DNA from: an uncultured Planctomycetaceae bacterium
Lineage (GTDB): Bacteria; Planctomycetota; Planctomycetia; Gemmatales; Gemmataceae
Direction: 5' to 3'
DNA: 64,000 nucleotides
NCBI GenBank assembly: GCA_937888715.1
Contig: CALARU010000158.1
Location: forward strand, 22,808 to 86,807
In this document: in pieces, positions 21,402 to 32,934 of the stretch
How positions within the stretch are numbered: position 1 is the stretch's first letter
Layout of the letters: each line of letters starts with the position of its first letter
The notes under the pieces: generated by a model
What the model was told of the DNA's origin: nothing
The model's database searches: none
What the model saw: only the letters and a program-made list of their open reading frames with translations
Program-made: the position numbers and the translations under genes

Positions 21402-22184
21402 ATGGTTAGGTTAATTTTATCTTTAGTTGCTTTGTTTCTTTGCGTGAGCAATTCGTTCGGCCAAACTAATGTGCCTGCAGCCACCAATCAGGTTCCTTCT
21501 GCGGCACAACTCCAGCAATACCTCAATCGCTGGGAACAAGAAATGCTCAAGGTTCAAACTCTTGCAGCAACCATCAAATTAATTGAAAAAGATAAAACTT
21601 TTGAAACTACCTCTGCTTCCATAGGTGTTGCAAAATACATGAAATTGGGCTCAGGTTCGAGCACCGTGAATCTTGCAAGTTTGGAATTGCGCAGGGAAGG
21701 CAAAGCCGATTTGGACAAAAAATTTCTTTGCACGGGCAACTATCTCTATCAGGTTTTGTTTGAAGCCAAAGAAATAAGGGCCTTTGAGATGCCCAAACCC
21801 AAACAAGGACAGGTCGCAGAAGATAGTTTCATGTCTTTATTGTTTGGCATGAAGGCTGAAGAGGCCCTTCGCAGGTATAACATAAGGCTTACCAAGGAAG
21901 ACCAATGGTATATTTACATGGATATCAGCCCAAGGTTTCCTGCAGACAAAGCTGATTTTCAACGCGCAAGAATTGTTTTCAATCGTTCCAATTTCATGCC
22001 CAGACAATTATGGTTTGAGCAACCCAATGGTAGCGAAGTTACTTGGGACATTCCGAAAATGGAAACAAATGTTAAACTCGAAAGAAGCGAATTTGATCCC
22101 CCTCGTGCACCTCAAGGCTGGAAATTAGTTCAAGAACCCATCGCTCAACAAGGGCAACCGCGGGTGGTTCGCCCAAAACCCTAA
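21402..22184 (+). CDS. hypothetical secreted protein, possibly a LolA-like fold or Planctomycetes-type conserved domain
   Basis: ATG at 21402 preceded by AGGAGA. Signal peptide MVRLILSLVALFLCVSNSFGQ. No catalytic motif recognised, and the fold assignment is a guess. Confidence 0.6.
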   Translation: MVRLILSLVALFLCVSNSFGQTNVPAATNQVPSAAQLQQYLNRWEQEMLKVQTLAATIKLIEKDKTFETTSASIGVAKYMKLGSGSSTVNLASLELRREGKADLDKKFLCTGNYLYQVLFEAKEIRAFEMPKPKQGQVAEDSFMSLLFGMKAEEALRRYNIRLTKEDQWYIYMDISPRFPADKADFQRARIVFNRSNFMPRQLWFEQPNGSEVTWDIPKMETNVKLERSEFDPPRAPQGWKLVQEPIAQQGQPRVVRPKP

Positions 22185-22343
22185 AATATTCTAACCCCTA
22201 CTCTCATTTAAGAATCTGAAGCCTATATCTTATTCCTCATCATTCTTTCTTACATAATCCCTTTATTGCTGAGCCTTTTCAAGTTATTATTATGGTGCTG
22301 GTTTTTAAAAGTCTTCTACTTTTATTTTTAGAGGAGATCATCC

Positions 22344-23351
22344 GTGGCTCAAGATGGGGAACGATCTCTTGCGGTTTTTGTCGATTTTGAAAACTTAGCA
22401 TTAGGCTTCCAAAACCGACGTGAAAAGTTTGACATCACCAGAGTGTTCGAACGACTGGTCGAAAAAGGAAAGATTGTTTTCAAAAAAGCCTATGCCGATT
22501 GGAATAGATTCAGCGCCTACACCGCAATGCTTCACGAAGCTGCAATCGAACTGACTGAAATCCCACGCAGAAGCCAGACCGGGAAAAATTCCGCCGATAT
22601 AAGACTTTGCGTGGATGCCATGGATATGGCGTATTCCAAAGAACATATCGATACCTTTGTGGTGATCTCTGGGGATAGTGATTTTTCGCCTCTTGTCTCC
22701 AAGCTTAAAGAATTAGGCAAGCATGTTATCGGTCTCGGTATGCAAGAATCCACATCCGAACTCCTACGAGATAATTGCGACGAATTCATTTATTACGAAG
22801 ATCTGGAACAGAAGCATGGCGTGCTGCCAGATTTCGATTCCTCGGTTCCAGATAGTAAGAAAAAAGCCTTTAAGCTGCTGCTTGATTCTTTGCTTGCAGT
22901 TCGAAGAGAAAACAAAGAAATAATCTGGTCATCGATGGTTAAGGATACGATGAAGCGTAAAAAGCCCTCTTTCAATGAAACTTACCACGGTTACCGGACT
23001 TTTAGCGAATTATTGGAAGATGCTGCAAAAAATGGATTGCTAGAACTGGAGATGGATAGCCGTGGGCGCAGTTATATTGTGACCCGCTTTGGTGCGGAGA
23101 TGAAAACAAGAAAAACTTTTCCAAGTCGAAAGCCTGCGCCCGCAAAAATCCGGCCTCCTCAAACGCCCGCTATAAGCTTAAAGCCCACGGTTACGGAAGA
23201 AGCAACCAATGTTATCAAAAGTGAAATAGATGCTGCGATTTTGGCACCAACCGAGGAAATCCGCTATACAGCGACCGAACCTCTTGAAGAATCAATAATT
23301 CCTGAAGTACTCAAAACCGAGGAAGATGATATTATTTTCTCTAGGCGATAA
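22344..23351 (+). CDS. NYN (LabA/DUF88-like) ribonuclease-domain protein with a C-terminal OST-HTH/LOTUS domain
   Basis: GTG start with GGAG 7 nt upstream. NYN pattern LAVFVDFENL...KAYADW...SADIRLCVDAMD...DTFVVISGDSDFSPLVSKLKELGKHVIG. LOTUS-like segment KKAFKLLLDSLLAVRRENKEIIWSSMVKDTMKRKKPSFNETYHGYRTFSELLEDAAKNGLLELE. Confidence 0.8.
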   Translation: MAQDGERSLAVFVDFENLALGFQNRREKFDITRVFERLVEKGKIVFKKAYADWNRFSAYTAMLHEAAIELTEIPRRSQTGKNSADIRLCVDAMDMAYSKEHIDTFVVISGDSDFSPLVSKLKELGKHVIGLGMQESTSELLRDNCDEFIYYEDLEQKHGVLPDFDSSVPDSKKKAFKLLLDSLLAVRRENKEIIWSSMVKDTMKRKKPSFNETYHGYRTFSELLEDAAKNGLLELEMDSRGRSYIVTRFGAEMKTRKTFPSRKPAPAKIRPPQTPAISLKPTVTEEATNVIKSEIDAAILAPTEEIRYTATEPLEESIIPEVLKTEEDDIIFSRR

Positions 23352-23409
23352 TTAAATGCGCTAATAAAATTTGTTCCAGCAATCACGTAAATTACATTAA
23401 ACTGAACTT

Positions 23410-24807
23410 ATGCCAAGAGTAGCAATCATAGGTGGTGGTATTTCGGGACTAACTTTAGCCTTTAGGCTAAAGCAATACTTAGCTGATGTAGACATTCAAA
23501 TTTTAGAAAGTGAAAAGAGTGTTGGAGGCAAAATAGGCTCGTTCAGTGATCAGGGTTTTATTTACGAATCAGGGCCCAATGGGTTTCTTGACAGCAACCC
23601 CTCCACTTTCAATCTTAGTAAGGAACTCGGCCTTTCTGAACAACTCGCACCTGCAAACGATGCTGCAGCTAAAAAACGCTTTCTCCTCATGGGGGGAAAA
23701 CTACGCATGCTGCCCTCCTCTGTTATCGGGCTTTTAACCACTGATGTTCTATCTTGGCGTGCAAAATTAGCCCTCGCCTTCGAACGATTTCAAAGCAACA
23801 AGCAAAACCTCCCCGATGAATCCATTTACGCTTTTGCCCAAAGAAGAGTAGGCACCGAAATCGCAGATAAACTTGTTGACCCTTTTGTAACAGGGATATT
23901 TGCTGGCGATGCCAGGCTCGTTAGTTTTCAAGCTGGTTTCCCTAGGTTGGCAGCAATGGAAAAGAATTATGGAAGTATCAGTAAGGGGCTAAAAGCCGCT
24001 CGCAAGGTAAGACAAATCAGTAATCCAGAAGGAAGATCTTCAGGCCAACTCTGGTCTTTCAACCAAGGGTTAGGAACTCTTACCGATGCCCTTGCAGAGA
24101 AATGCGGAAAATCAAACATCAGAGAATTTAAAGCTTCTAATTTGATTCATAACAAGGAATCCAACAAGTGGATTATTGAAGGAAGCAATGGTGAATCCGA
24201 ATCATTTGATATCGCGATCCTTTCCTGCCCTGCTTTTTCTCAAGCGGCTATTCTTAAAAACCTTGATGAAATACTTGCAGATAAAATAGCATCTATTCCG
24301 TATAATAGTTTGGCTGTAGTAGTGATGGGTTATCGGAGCGGCGATGTGCCAATTCCCCTGGAAGGGTTTGGTTACTTAACCCCCAGTTCCGAAAACCGAC
24401 CTATTTTAGGCGTTCAATGGTGTTCCTCGATCTACCGCGGGCGGGCGCCCGCAGGAACCGTGCTGCTAAGGGCAATGTGTGGCGGTGCTTCGAGGCCCGA
24501 AATGGTAGATCTTGATGATGACTCAATTGCAAAAATCGTGTATCGGGAATTACAGGCATCGATGCAAATCCAAGCGCCACCTTTTTTCGTTAAGGTGATT
24601 CGTTGGAAAAACGCAATTCCCCAATATATGGTGAACCATTTAGATTTAGTAAGAGAAGTGGAGGAATTGCTTTTAAATCACCCCGGGTTATATTTGACAG
24701 GGAATGCTTACAAAGGAATTTCGATAAACGACTGTGTTGAAAACGCTGAAAATCTTGCAGTCCAGATTTCCAGATGGTGGAGTAGAGCTAAAGAAACAAT
24801 TAGCTAA
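23410..24807 (+). CDS. hemY: HemY-type FAD-dependent protoporphyrinogen/coproporphyrinogen oxidase
   Basis: N-terminal dinucleotide fold VAIIGGGISGLTLAF. Length and overall pattern (GPNGFLD..., IPQY..., LYLTGNAYKGISINDCV) match the HemY/PPOX family. Confidence 0.88.
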   Translation: MPRVAIIGGGISGLTLAFRLKQYLADVDIQILESEKSVGGKIGSFSDQGFIYESGPNGFLDSNPSTFNLSKELGLSEQLAPANDAAAKKRFLLMGGKLRMLPSSVIGLLTTDVLSWRAKLALAFERFQSNKQNLPDESIYAFAQRRVGTEIADKLVDPFVTGIFAGDARLVSFQAGFPRLAAMEKNYGSISKGLKAARKVRQISNPEGRSSGQLWSFNQGLGTLTDALAEKCGKSNIREFKASNLIHNKESNKWIIEGSNGESESFDIAILSCPAFSQAAILKNLDEILADKIASIPYNSLAVVVMGYRSGDVPIPLEGFGYLTPSSENRPILGVQWCSSIYRGRAPAGTVLLRAMCGGASRPEMVDLDDDSIAKIVYRELQASMQIQAPPFFVKVIRWKNAIPQYMVNHLDLVREVEELLLNHPGLYLTGNAYKGISINDCVENAENLAVQISRWWSRAKETIS

Positions 24808-24893
24808 AACGATAATTTGTTTCACTAGCCTAGCAATTGTTTTAAAATGTGGGTTATAAATAAAAGTTACTTTTGTTGTGCAGGGAAGCAATT

Positions 24894-26180
24894 ATGAAGG
24901 ATGTTATCAGTTTGATTTTAGGTGGCGGCCGTGGAACTCGCTTGTATCCCCTTACCCAACTACGCAGTAAACCAGCGGTGCCGATCGGCGGGAAATATCG
25001 ATTGATTGATATACCAATCAGCAACTGCATTAACAGTGGTTTCAATCGTATTTATGTACTGACTCAATTTCTTAGTGTCAGCCTTCACAGACATATAGCA
25101 AATAGTTACAAGTTTGACCCATTCGGACAGGGATTTGTGGAAGTTTTGGCTGCCCAACAGACCAATGAAGGTCAAAATTGGTATCAAGGTACTGCAGATG
25201 CAGTCAGACAACAAATCCGATATGTTGTAGAAGATCAAGCAAAAGAAGTAATGATTCTTTCCGGGGATCAACTTTACCGGATGGATTTTCGCGAGTTACA
25301 CAACTTCCATCAGGAAACAAAAGCTGATGTCACCATCGCAGTGCTTCCCGTATCCCAAGAGCAGGTATCAGGTTTTGGCATTGTACAGGTTGATGAAACA
25401 TCCAAAGTTCACGCCTTTATTGAAAAGCCAAAAACCCTCGAGGAAATCGAGCCCTATGCAGTATCACCAGATTGGCTTTCTAAAAGCGGGATACAGGCAA
25501 CAAACCGCCCCTATCTTGCTAGCATGGGCATCTATTTGTTTAACCGTAAAGCTTTATTAGATCTACTAAACTCGCGCCCACTTGCCACAGATTTCGGAAA
25601 GGAAATCTTTCCTCGCAGTATCAAAAATTATAATGTTAAGGCTTTTCTTTTTGATGGTTACTGGGAAGATTTAGGAACCGTCAAGGCTTATCACGAAGCA
25701 AATCTTGCGCTTGCAACTCAAAACCCTCCATTTGATTTCCACAGTCCGAACGGCGTCATTTACACCCGGATGCGATTTCTCCCCGCATCCAGATTTCACG
25801 GAGCCACTCTTTCCAACACGCTTGTAAGCGATGGTTGCGTGATCGAAGAAGGCTCGAATGTGAATAACTGTGTGATCGGGGTACGCAGCAGAATAGGCAA
25901 GAATGTCACACTTAAGGAATGCGTTATCATTGGCGCGGATCGTTTTGAAACAGATAAAGAAAGAGCGGACAACCTCACCAAGGGCATACCCAACCTCAAT
26001 GTAGGAGATAACTCTGTAATTCATTGCGCAATATTAGATAAAGATTGCAGAGTGGGAAAAAATGTCAGACTTGTTAACACAAGAAAAATTCAGCACGACG
26101 AAGGGAATAACTTTGTCATTCGAGATGGAATTATTTGCATCCCGAGAGGAAGCATCATTCCTGATGGAACTGTCATATAG
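24894..26180 (+). CDS. glgC: glucose-1-phosphate adenylyltransferase
   Basis: Start at the internal ATG (MKDVISLILGGGRGTRLYPLT...). PAVPIGGKYRLIDIPISNCINSG, WYQGTADAV, and a C-terminal left-handed beta-helix region. Confidence 0.9.
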   Translation: MKDVISLILGGGRGTRLYPLTQLRSKPAVPIGGKYRLIDIPISNCINSGFNRIYVLTQFLSVSLHRHIANSYKFDPFGQGFVEVLAAQQTNEGQNWYQGTADAVRQQIRYVVEDQAKEVMILSGDQLYRMDFRELHNFHQETKADVTIAVLPVSQEQVSGFGIVQVDETSKVHAFIEKPKTLEEIEPYAVSPDWLSKSGIQATNRPYLASMGIYLFNRKALLDLLNSRPLATDFGKEIFPRSIKNYNVKAFLFDGYWEDLGTVKAYHEANLALATQNPPFDFHSPNGVIYTRMRFLPASRFHGATLSNTLVSDGCVIEEGSNVNNCVIGVRSRIGKNVTLKECVIIGADRFETDKERADNLTKGIPNLNVGDNSVIHCAILDKDCRVGKNVRLVNTRKIQHDEGNNFVIRDGIICIPRGSIIPDGTVI

Positions 26181-26237
26181 CAAATTGCACCCGTCAGCCA
26201 TTAAATCATTTCTTCAAGCGAATTGAAAGTATCGGAT

Positions 26238-27032
26238 TTATGCGAATTGTTTCTTGAGAAAAGCCAGCTCCTTCTTCGCAAAGTCCTTTCGATTAGGAAG
26301 GCCCGAAGCTTCATACTCACCATGCAAAACAATGGCTCCTTGAAATTTTGCATCTTTTATGCCCTTGGAAACATCATTCCAGCGCACAATGCCCGAACCT
26401 GCAGGAATAACCTTAAATGCCCAATCGGCTTTAGCTTGTTCCCACAAAATATCTTTAATTGCAATGATGGAAAGCCAAGGGCGCAGGATTTCAAGTTCCA
26501 TCTTTATAGGGCCACCATTAACAGCTAAATGCCCAGTATCAGCAAAAGCACCAATCTGATGTGGATCAAAATCGGTTAGCAACTCTTTAAGTGAAACGGC
26601 ATTATTTCCAATGTTGTTGCCTGAGTGTGTGTGGTAAACAGCCTTGACCTTTGTTGCCTGCGCAAGCTTTGAGAAGCCCTGAAGTTTTTTCCGGGCACCC
26701 TGCAGATCGTCACTAAAGTTTCCTTTATAAGGAAAGTAGCCGATTTTAATCATAGGTACACCCGCAAGTGCACAAGCTTCAAAAAGATTCTTCGCATCCT
26801 TACTTTCAGCATCAATCAACGAAGTTGGCGCACTTACCAAGGGAATATCTAATTTGTTTTGCTTCATGATTGCAGCAAATTTAGGTAATTCTGTAAGAGC
26901 ATTGCCGGGCTCGATTGGATACCCAGGCCTAACTGCTAAGTCTAATCCGTCCACTCCCGTTTCTTTGCAGAACTCAACCAAAGCCGGGGGCGCTAATTCC
27001 TTGAGTGTCTTAGTGAAGTAAATAAATTGCAT
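26238..27032 (-). CDS. sugar phosphate isomerase/epimerase (xylose isomerase-like TIM barrel)
   Basis: Family-typical layout (GVDGLDL..., VYHTHSGN, ADTGH, HGEYE). Second member of this family in the window. Confidence 0.8.
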   Translation of the reverse strand: MQFIYFTKTLKELAPPALVEFCKETGVDGLDLAVRPGYPIEPGNALTELPKFAAIMKQNKLDIPLVSAPTSLIDAESKDAKNLFEACALAGVPMIKIGYFPYKGNFSDDLQGARKKLQGFSKLAQATKVKAVYHTHSGNNIGNNAVSLKELLTDFDPHQIGAFADTGHLAVNGGPIKMELEILRPWLSIIAIKDILWEQAKADWAFKVIPAGSGIVRWNDVSKGIKDAKFQGAIVLHGEYEASGLPNRKDFAKKELAFLKKQFA

Positions 27033-27123
27033 GGCAAAACACTCCTAACCCATGATGAAACAAATGATTTATTTCATTCCATCATGAAGTCTGGCTAAGA
27101 GCAAAAGAATAAAAGTTCGAAAG

Positions 27124-27978
27124 TTATTCGACGGTATTTTCGAGTACGCCAATGCCTGCAATTTCAATCCTGATAACATCACCAGAAAGCAAGGTAAATT
27201 GATCAGGAGGAACAACCCCCGTACCCGTTAAAAGAAAGGCGCCATCGGGGAAATCGTTTTCTTTAAAGAGCCATGAAACCAGATCTTCAAGTTTTCTAGC
27301 CATGGATGCGAGCGATGTTTTTCCTTCGAAAACCTGAGCCCCTGCCCGATGAATTTGAAGATGAATGGAACAAGCTTCACCTTGGGGAAGAAACCTTGCA
27401 AGGGTAACAACAGGCCCAATCGCGCAAGCCCCAGAGTACATCTTTGCTTGAGGGAGATAAAGCGGGTTTTCGCCTTCAATATCCCTGGCACTCATATCAT
27501 TGCCGATGGTAAAGCCGACAATTTTTCCTACCGGAGAAACAACCAAGGTAAGCTCAGGCTCAGGTACACTCCACTTGCTATCTTTTCGGATACGGACTTT
27601 TTGGCCAAAGCTTGCAACCTTTGCAGGAGGAGATTTAAAAAAGAGCTCTGGCCTTTGGGCTTTATAAACGAGATCATAAAATTTAGCAGCCCCTTCCGAT
27701 TCGCGCTCACGGGCTTCCCGACTACGCAAATAAGTTACACCAGCAGCCCAAACCTCTTGCTGATCAATAGGCACCAAAGGGATAGTAGAAGCCAAAGGGA
27801 TTTTTTTGGCAGAGGACTTGGTACGACTTTCAACTTCATGCTCTGGGTTAGCTGCATGAAGAATTTTGGAAAAAAGCCCCGGCTCCTTGGCTAAGTCTCC
27901 CAGTACAACAACGTCCTGATCTTGAACCAAGCCAACAAATAACAATCCATCATTACTTTGAAATTTGCCAATTCTCAC
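27124..27978 (-). CDS. fumarylacetoacetate hydrolase (FAH) family protein
   Basis: GTG start 13 nt after the upstream gene's stop. FAH-family pattern: VWAAGVTY, PELFFKSP, PEPELTLVV, GFTIGNDMSARDIEG, LLTGTG. Confidence 0.88.
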   Translation of the reverse strand: MRIGKFQSNDGLLFVGLVQDQDVVVLGDLAKEPGLFSKILHAANPEHEVESRTKSSAKKIPLASTIPLVPIDQQEVWAAGVTYLRSREARERESEGAAKFYDLVYKAQRPELFFKSPPAKVASFGQKVRIRKDSKWSVPEPELTLVVSPVGKIVGFTIGNDMSARDIEGENPLYLPQAKMYSGACAIGPVVTLARFLPQGEACSIHLQIHRAGAQVFEGKTSLASMARKLEDLVSWLFKENDFPDGAFLLTGTGVVPPDQFTLLSGDVIRIEIAGIGVLENTVE

Positions 27979-27990
27979 AGCGATACCCCT

Positions 27991-29145
27991 TTAATTCAAA
28001 TTTTTCTTAAAAGATTCCCACATTTTTGGAACATCCAACAATCGTCCTTTATCTACGAATTCGAGTGATTTTTCCAGTGCCGATTTTAATAAAGGATGAA
28101 ATGCCACCGCCTGACCTGGTTTAGGCACGGGCGACACAAGTTCCTCAATTATCTTCGCTAACAAAGCTTCAATCCCCAATCCAGACAAAGCAGAAATACC
28201 AATTGCTCCTTGAGGAATCGAAGCAGGCTGAAAGGCATCTAGATCAATTTTATTAGTAACACCAATAATCTTTTTATTGTGAAAAAGAACCGGGGCAGGG
28301 ATTTGCGAAGCAGAACAATCTTGAACCCAAAGAACCAAATCTGCCTGCTCCGTAGCATTGGTGCCCATGAGCATTCCCGCATTTTCCAATGGGTCGGAAG
28401 TGATGCGTAATCCAGCAGTATCAGCAAAAGAAACAGGCCACCCTTCAATAGCTGTTTCAAGCCAAAGAACATCCCGGGTTGTGCCCGGAATTTCTGAAAC
28501 AATGCTGCGCTGATACCCTGCAAGAATATTCATCAAACTACTTTTCCCAGCATTCGTAGGGCCCGCTAAAACCACCCTCCAAGGCTCAACCAATCTTCCA
28601 CTTAAATAAGAATACCGCCCTATATCAGAAAGCAAGGCCGTGGCGTTTCTAGAATCTCCTTGATTGATGAAACCCAAGAAAGAATCCAGCCAAAGCCTAA
28701 AAGCCCCCTGAAACTGATCAAGTAAAATTTTCGTAGGCTCACTGGTAGTTGCCTGATTAAGTAAAACTAGTGCCATCGCTTGCAAAGGATCTGCAGTGGT
28801 ATGGGTAATAAAATCCTGCCAATTGCAAAGGGTTGCGCCCTCAGCCTGCAAAAACTCTAAAAGCATAGAAACAACTTGAGTACCACCATGCGGATGTATT
28901 TCTAAAAGCATCGGGCGATTAGTTTTACAACTCAAAACAACTTCATCGCCATGCCCCAGCCCCAATCTCCCAAGAAAAACAGAACCGGGGGTGGGAAAAG
29001 CAGGTAAAGGTTTCTTGGTTCTAGGTTTAAAAACCTTGAGGATGATTTCCCAAGCACGAGGTCCAAAAAGGGACAGAGTTGCAATTGCACTTTTACCAGG
29101 CGAAGTCAGGCGCGCCAGATAAGTTTCGCCATGAGAATCATCCAT
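27991..29145 (-). CDS. MnmE/TrmE-like GTPase, short form lacking the C-terminal CIGK motif
   Basis: N-terminal MnmE-like domain (AIATLSLFGPRAWEI, EIHPHGG). G domain has G1 GPTNAGKSS, G2 GTTRD, G3 DTAG and G4 NKID. The protein ends ...MWESFKKNLN with no C-terminal Cys motif. 384 aa, against roughly 450 aa for canonical MnmE. Confidence 0.75.
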   Translation of the reverse strand: MDDSHGETYLARLTSPGKSAIATLSLFGPRAWEIILKVFKPRTKKPLPAFPTPGSVFLGRLGLGHGDEVVLSCKTNRPMLLEIHPHGGTQVVSMLLEFLQAEGATLCNWQDFITHTTADPLQAMALVLLNQATTSEPTKILLDQFQGAFRLWLDSFLGFINQGDSRNATALLSDIGRYSYLSGRLVEPWRVVLAGPTNAGKSSLMNILAGYQRSIVSEIPGTTRDVLWLETAIEGWPVSFADTAGLRITSDPLENAGMLMGTNATEQADLVLWVQDCSASQIPAPVLFHNKKIIGVTNKIDLDAFQPASIPQGAIGISALSGLGIEALLAKIIEELVSPVPKPGQAVAFHPLLKSALEKSLEFVDKGRLLDVPKMWESFKKNLN

Positions 29146-29892
29146 TTACTGATTCCTCAACAATTAAGGAAAGCCCAGTAAGAACCAGGTTGGGAAAATA
29201 CCCGTTCCCTTCGTTTAAATGGTTGGCTAAAAGGAAGCCATCGCCTCCTGTAAAAAAGAGCTTGGCTTTTGTGCCAGATTGCGTTTCTAATTTTCGAATA
29301 AGCAAGGAAATGCCACCTAGAAAAGCATTGCCGACGCCAAAAGAAATCGCATCAACAGTGTTGGCCCCTGCCGTTTGTCGAATTTGATCCGTAACAGATA
29401 TTTCGGGTAGTTGTGCCGTGTACTGGTTTAAAGAGCGAGCCATTAATTTTAGCCCCGGCATAATTGCTCCGCCTAAAAACCCATCTCTGCAGCTCGCTAA
29501 ATCAACGGTAACCGCACTCCCCGCATCAACAACAATTACAGCATCGGTTTCGACTGATAGTTTTAAGGCAGCAAAAGAAGCAACTAGGCGATCGATTCCA
29601 GTTACTGAAGGATTATCAACTTTAATTTGCATCGGGAGATCAAGATGGGTCACAACTTTTACTTTATCACAAATATTTAGGAGCCATCGATGATGTTTTT
29701 TAAGAACATCAGGAACGACGCCACAAATCAAAATAGCTTTGACCGAATCTTTACACCGGGCGTTCCAAGACTTCTCCCAGGAAGAAACATCTGCTAGATC
29801 AAGTCTAAAATGATCAAGAAGAACGCCTTGATCGAAAAGCCCCCATTTAATCGAGCTATTGCCTACATCGATAGCAAGAAAAGTTGGAATCA

Positions 29893-29893
<1 letters not shown>
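29138..29893 (-). CDS. coaX: type III pantothenate kinase
   Basis: LAIDVGNSSIKWGLF N-terminus, VVDAGSAVTVD, and GGAIMPG, which are typical of CoaX. Confidence 0.9.
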
Positions 29894-30912
<1,019 letters not shown>

Positions 30913-30983
30913 TCATTGCTATAAGACAATTTTAGAGAGGGTGAAGAGTAATCAAAGGTATAAATTAAAACTTGAGGGGAAAA

Positions 30984-32402
30984 TTAGTAGGCATTGCGAT
31001 GGATCATACCGTTAAAAATGGTCATCCAAAGGATACGAACATCCATCCAAGGGGTCCAATGGGTGATGTAATAAAGGTCGTATTGCAGCCTTTTTCGCAA
31101 AGAAGTGTTCCCACGCCAGCCATGAACTTGAGCCCATCCGGTGATCCCCGCTTTGACGGTATGCCTAGCCATATAATTAGGAATAGTCTTGCGAAATTTA
31201 TCAATAAAGACCGGGCGTTCGGGGCGCGGACCAACCAAACTCATTTCCCCGCGAAGGACATTAATCAACTGGGGAAGCTCATCGATGCTGGTTTTGCGGA
31301 GAAAAGTGCCAAGAATTGTCCTGCGATCATCATTTTTCGCAGCCCAAACAGCGCCTGAATCATTTTCGGCATCCATTTTCATGCTTCGAAATTTAAGCAT
31401 TTGGAAAGATTTACCATTTAACCCGCATCGCTCTTGGGTGTAAAAAACCGGTCCCCGACTGGTCAACTTGATCAGTATAGCAATGCAAACAAGAAGCGGA
31501 GAAATCAAAATAAAACCAACCAACGAAAGAATAATATCCATACCCCGCTTGAACATTACATTCAGGCCAAAGTGCGGGTTCTCTTTTAAAGAAATTAGGG
31601 GCATACCATCTACATCAACGGTAGAAAGGGCCAAGCCAGCAAGCTCTGGAACATCTGCCGCCAAACGAACATCAACAAAAGTATCCGCAAGTATTTCATA
31701 AACAATGCGAACATCATCATAACGGTTCATAGGCAAAGCAATAAAGACATGGCTAACGGAGTACTGGGCAATTAAATTGGGCAGGTCTTCAAATTTGCCC
31801 ATAACATCAAGATCTTTGTTAAAAGCTGAGACTTGATTTTCTACATAGCCAACATTTTTAATGCCCAACCAAGAGTTTGTTTTGAGGATGTTGGCCATTT
31901 TTCTGGCTACCCTTCCGGTGCCCACAATAATTGCAAAAGACTGGTCATAGCCCCTAGAGCGAAAATCTCTGATCAGTTTCCAATTGATTTGCCTTACAAA
32001 AAAAACAGCGAAGACATTGAAGGCGCCAAAGATTGAAACCATGGCTCTTGATCCAGAAAGATCCTTGCGGAAAAAATCGACCGCAAGTAAAAGCAAAACG
32101 AGAAAGAAAGTCCCTTTGATCGAACAAAAAGCTTCCTCTCGCATCCTGCGCATGCGGCTAATTTTGTATTGATCCGTGAAATGGTAGGCCACAGCAGCAG
32201 TAAACAGAACCCAAGGAATATGACTAAAAAGCGTGTCATTTTCATTCGGGATTGAAACAAAAGGTATCCAACCAGATTCAAATCTCACATGGTAAGCAGC
32301 AATCCATGCGATGCTTGTCGCAATGATGTCGCAAACAAAAAACCAAACAATTATCAACTGACTTCTGCGCTGAATCATGATGCCATCCCTGGCTAATGCC
32401 AC
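30984..32402 (-). CDS. undecaprenyl-phosphate hexose-1-phosphate transferase (WcaJ/exopolysaccharide polyprenyl glycosylphosphotransferase family)
   Basis: N-terminal TM helices, a central NAD-binding-like domain, and a C-terminal bacterial sugar-transferase domain (RGPVFYTQERCG, FKFRSM-like LKFRSMK, DELPQLINVLRGEMSLVGPRPE). GTG at 32402, or ATG at 32378. Confidence 0.88.
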   Translation of the reverse strand: MALARDGIMIQRRSQLIIVWFFVCDIIATSIAWIAAYHVRFESGWIPFVSIPNENDTLFSHIPWVLFTAAVAYHFTDQYKISRMRRMREEAFCSIKGTFFLVLLLLAVDFFRKDLSGSRAMVSIFGAFNVFAVFFVRQINWKLIRDFRSRGYDQSFAIIVGTGRVARKMANILKTNSWLGIKNVGYVENQVSAFNKDLDVMGKFEDLPNLIAQYSVSHVFIALPMNRYDDVRIVYEILADTFVDVRLAADVPELAGLALSTVDVDGMPLISLKENPHFGLNVMFKRGMDIILSLVGFILISPLLVCIAILIKLTSRGPVFYTQERCGLNGKSFQMLKFRSMKMDAENDSGAVWAAKNDDRRTILGTFLRKTSIDELPQLINVLRGEMSLVGPRPERPVFIDKFRKTIPNYMARHTVKAGITGWAQVHGWRGNTSLRKRLQYDLYYITHWTPWMDVRILWMTIFNGMIHRNAY

Positions 32403-32606
32403 CTAAAATTACATAGGGTAAATTAAGCTTTGCAGGGCAAAAAAGTCTAGGCCAAGATGGTTTGCCTATTTTGACATCATTGGAAGAATATTTGGTGTAT
32501 GCTAATTTGTCTGGAAATAGTTCGTGTAAACTACTATTAATAAATAATAGTTGGCATGAAATGCTTAACTTATTTGACCATGATAATTTGGGAAAGGAAT
32601 TTTACG

Positions 32607-32912
32607 ATGGCTCATGTTGTAACCCAACCCTGCAATGACTGCAAATACACTGATTGTGTAGCTGTTTGCCCTGTGGAATGCTTCTACATGGATGACAAGA
32701 TGGTCTATATCGACCCAGCAGATTGCATCGATTGTGAAGCGTGCGTTCCTGAATGCCCTGTTGAGGCGATCTTTTCCGAATCCAGCGTTCCTGGCCAATG
32801 GAAAAGCTTTATTCAGCTAAACACGGATCGAACCAAGATTCTTAAAACCAGCAAAGGCCATATCACCGAAAAGCAAGATCCGCTTGAAGGCCCTGATTGC
32901 AAAAAGAAATAA
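32607..32912 (+). CDS. fdxA: 7Fe (3Fe-4S plus 4Fe-4S) ferredoxin, FdxA type
   Basis: MAHVVTQPCNDCKYTDCVAVCPVECFY...CIDCEACVPECPVEAIF cysteine pattern. AAAGGA RBS upstream of the ATG at 32607. Confidence 0.9.
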   Translation: MAHVVTQPCNDCKYTDCVAVCPVECFYMDDKMVYIDPADCIDCEACVPECPVEAIFSESSVPGQWKSFIQLNTDRTKILKTSKGHITEKQDPLEGPDCKKK

Positions 32913-32934
32913 GTTTCCTGTTATATTTTTATCT

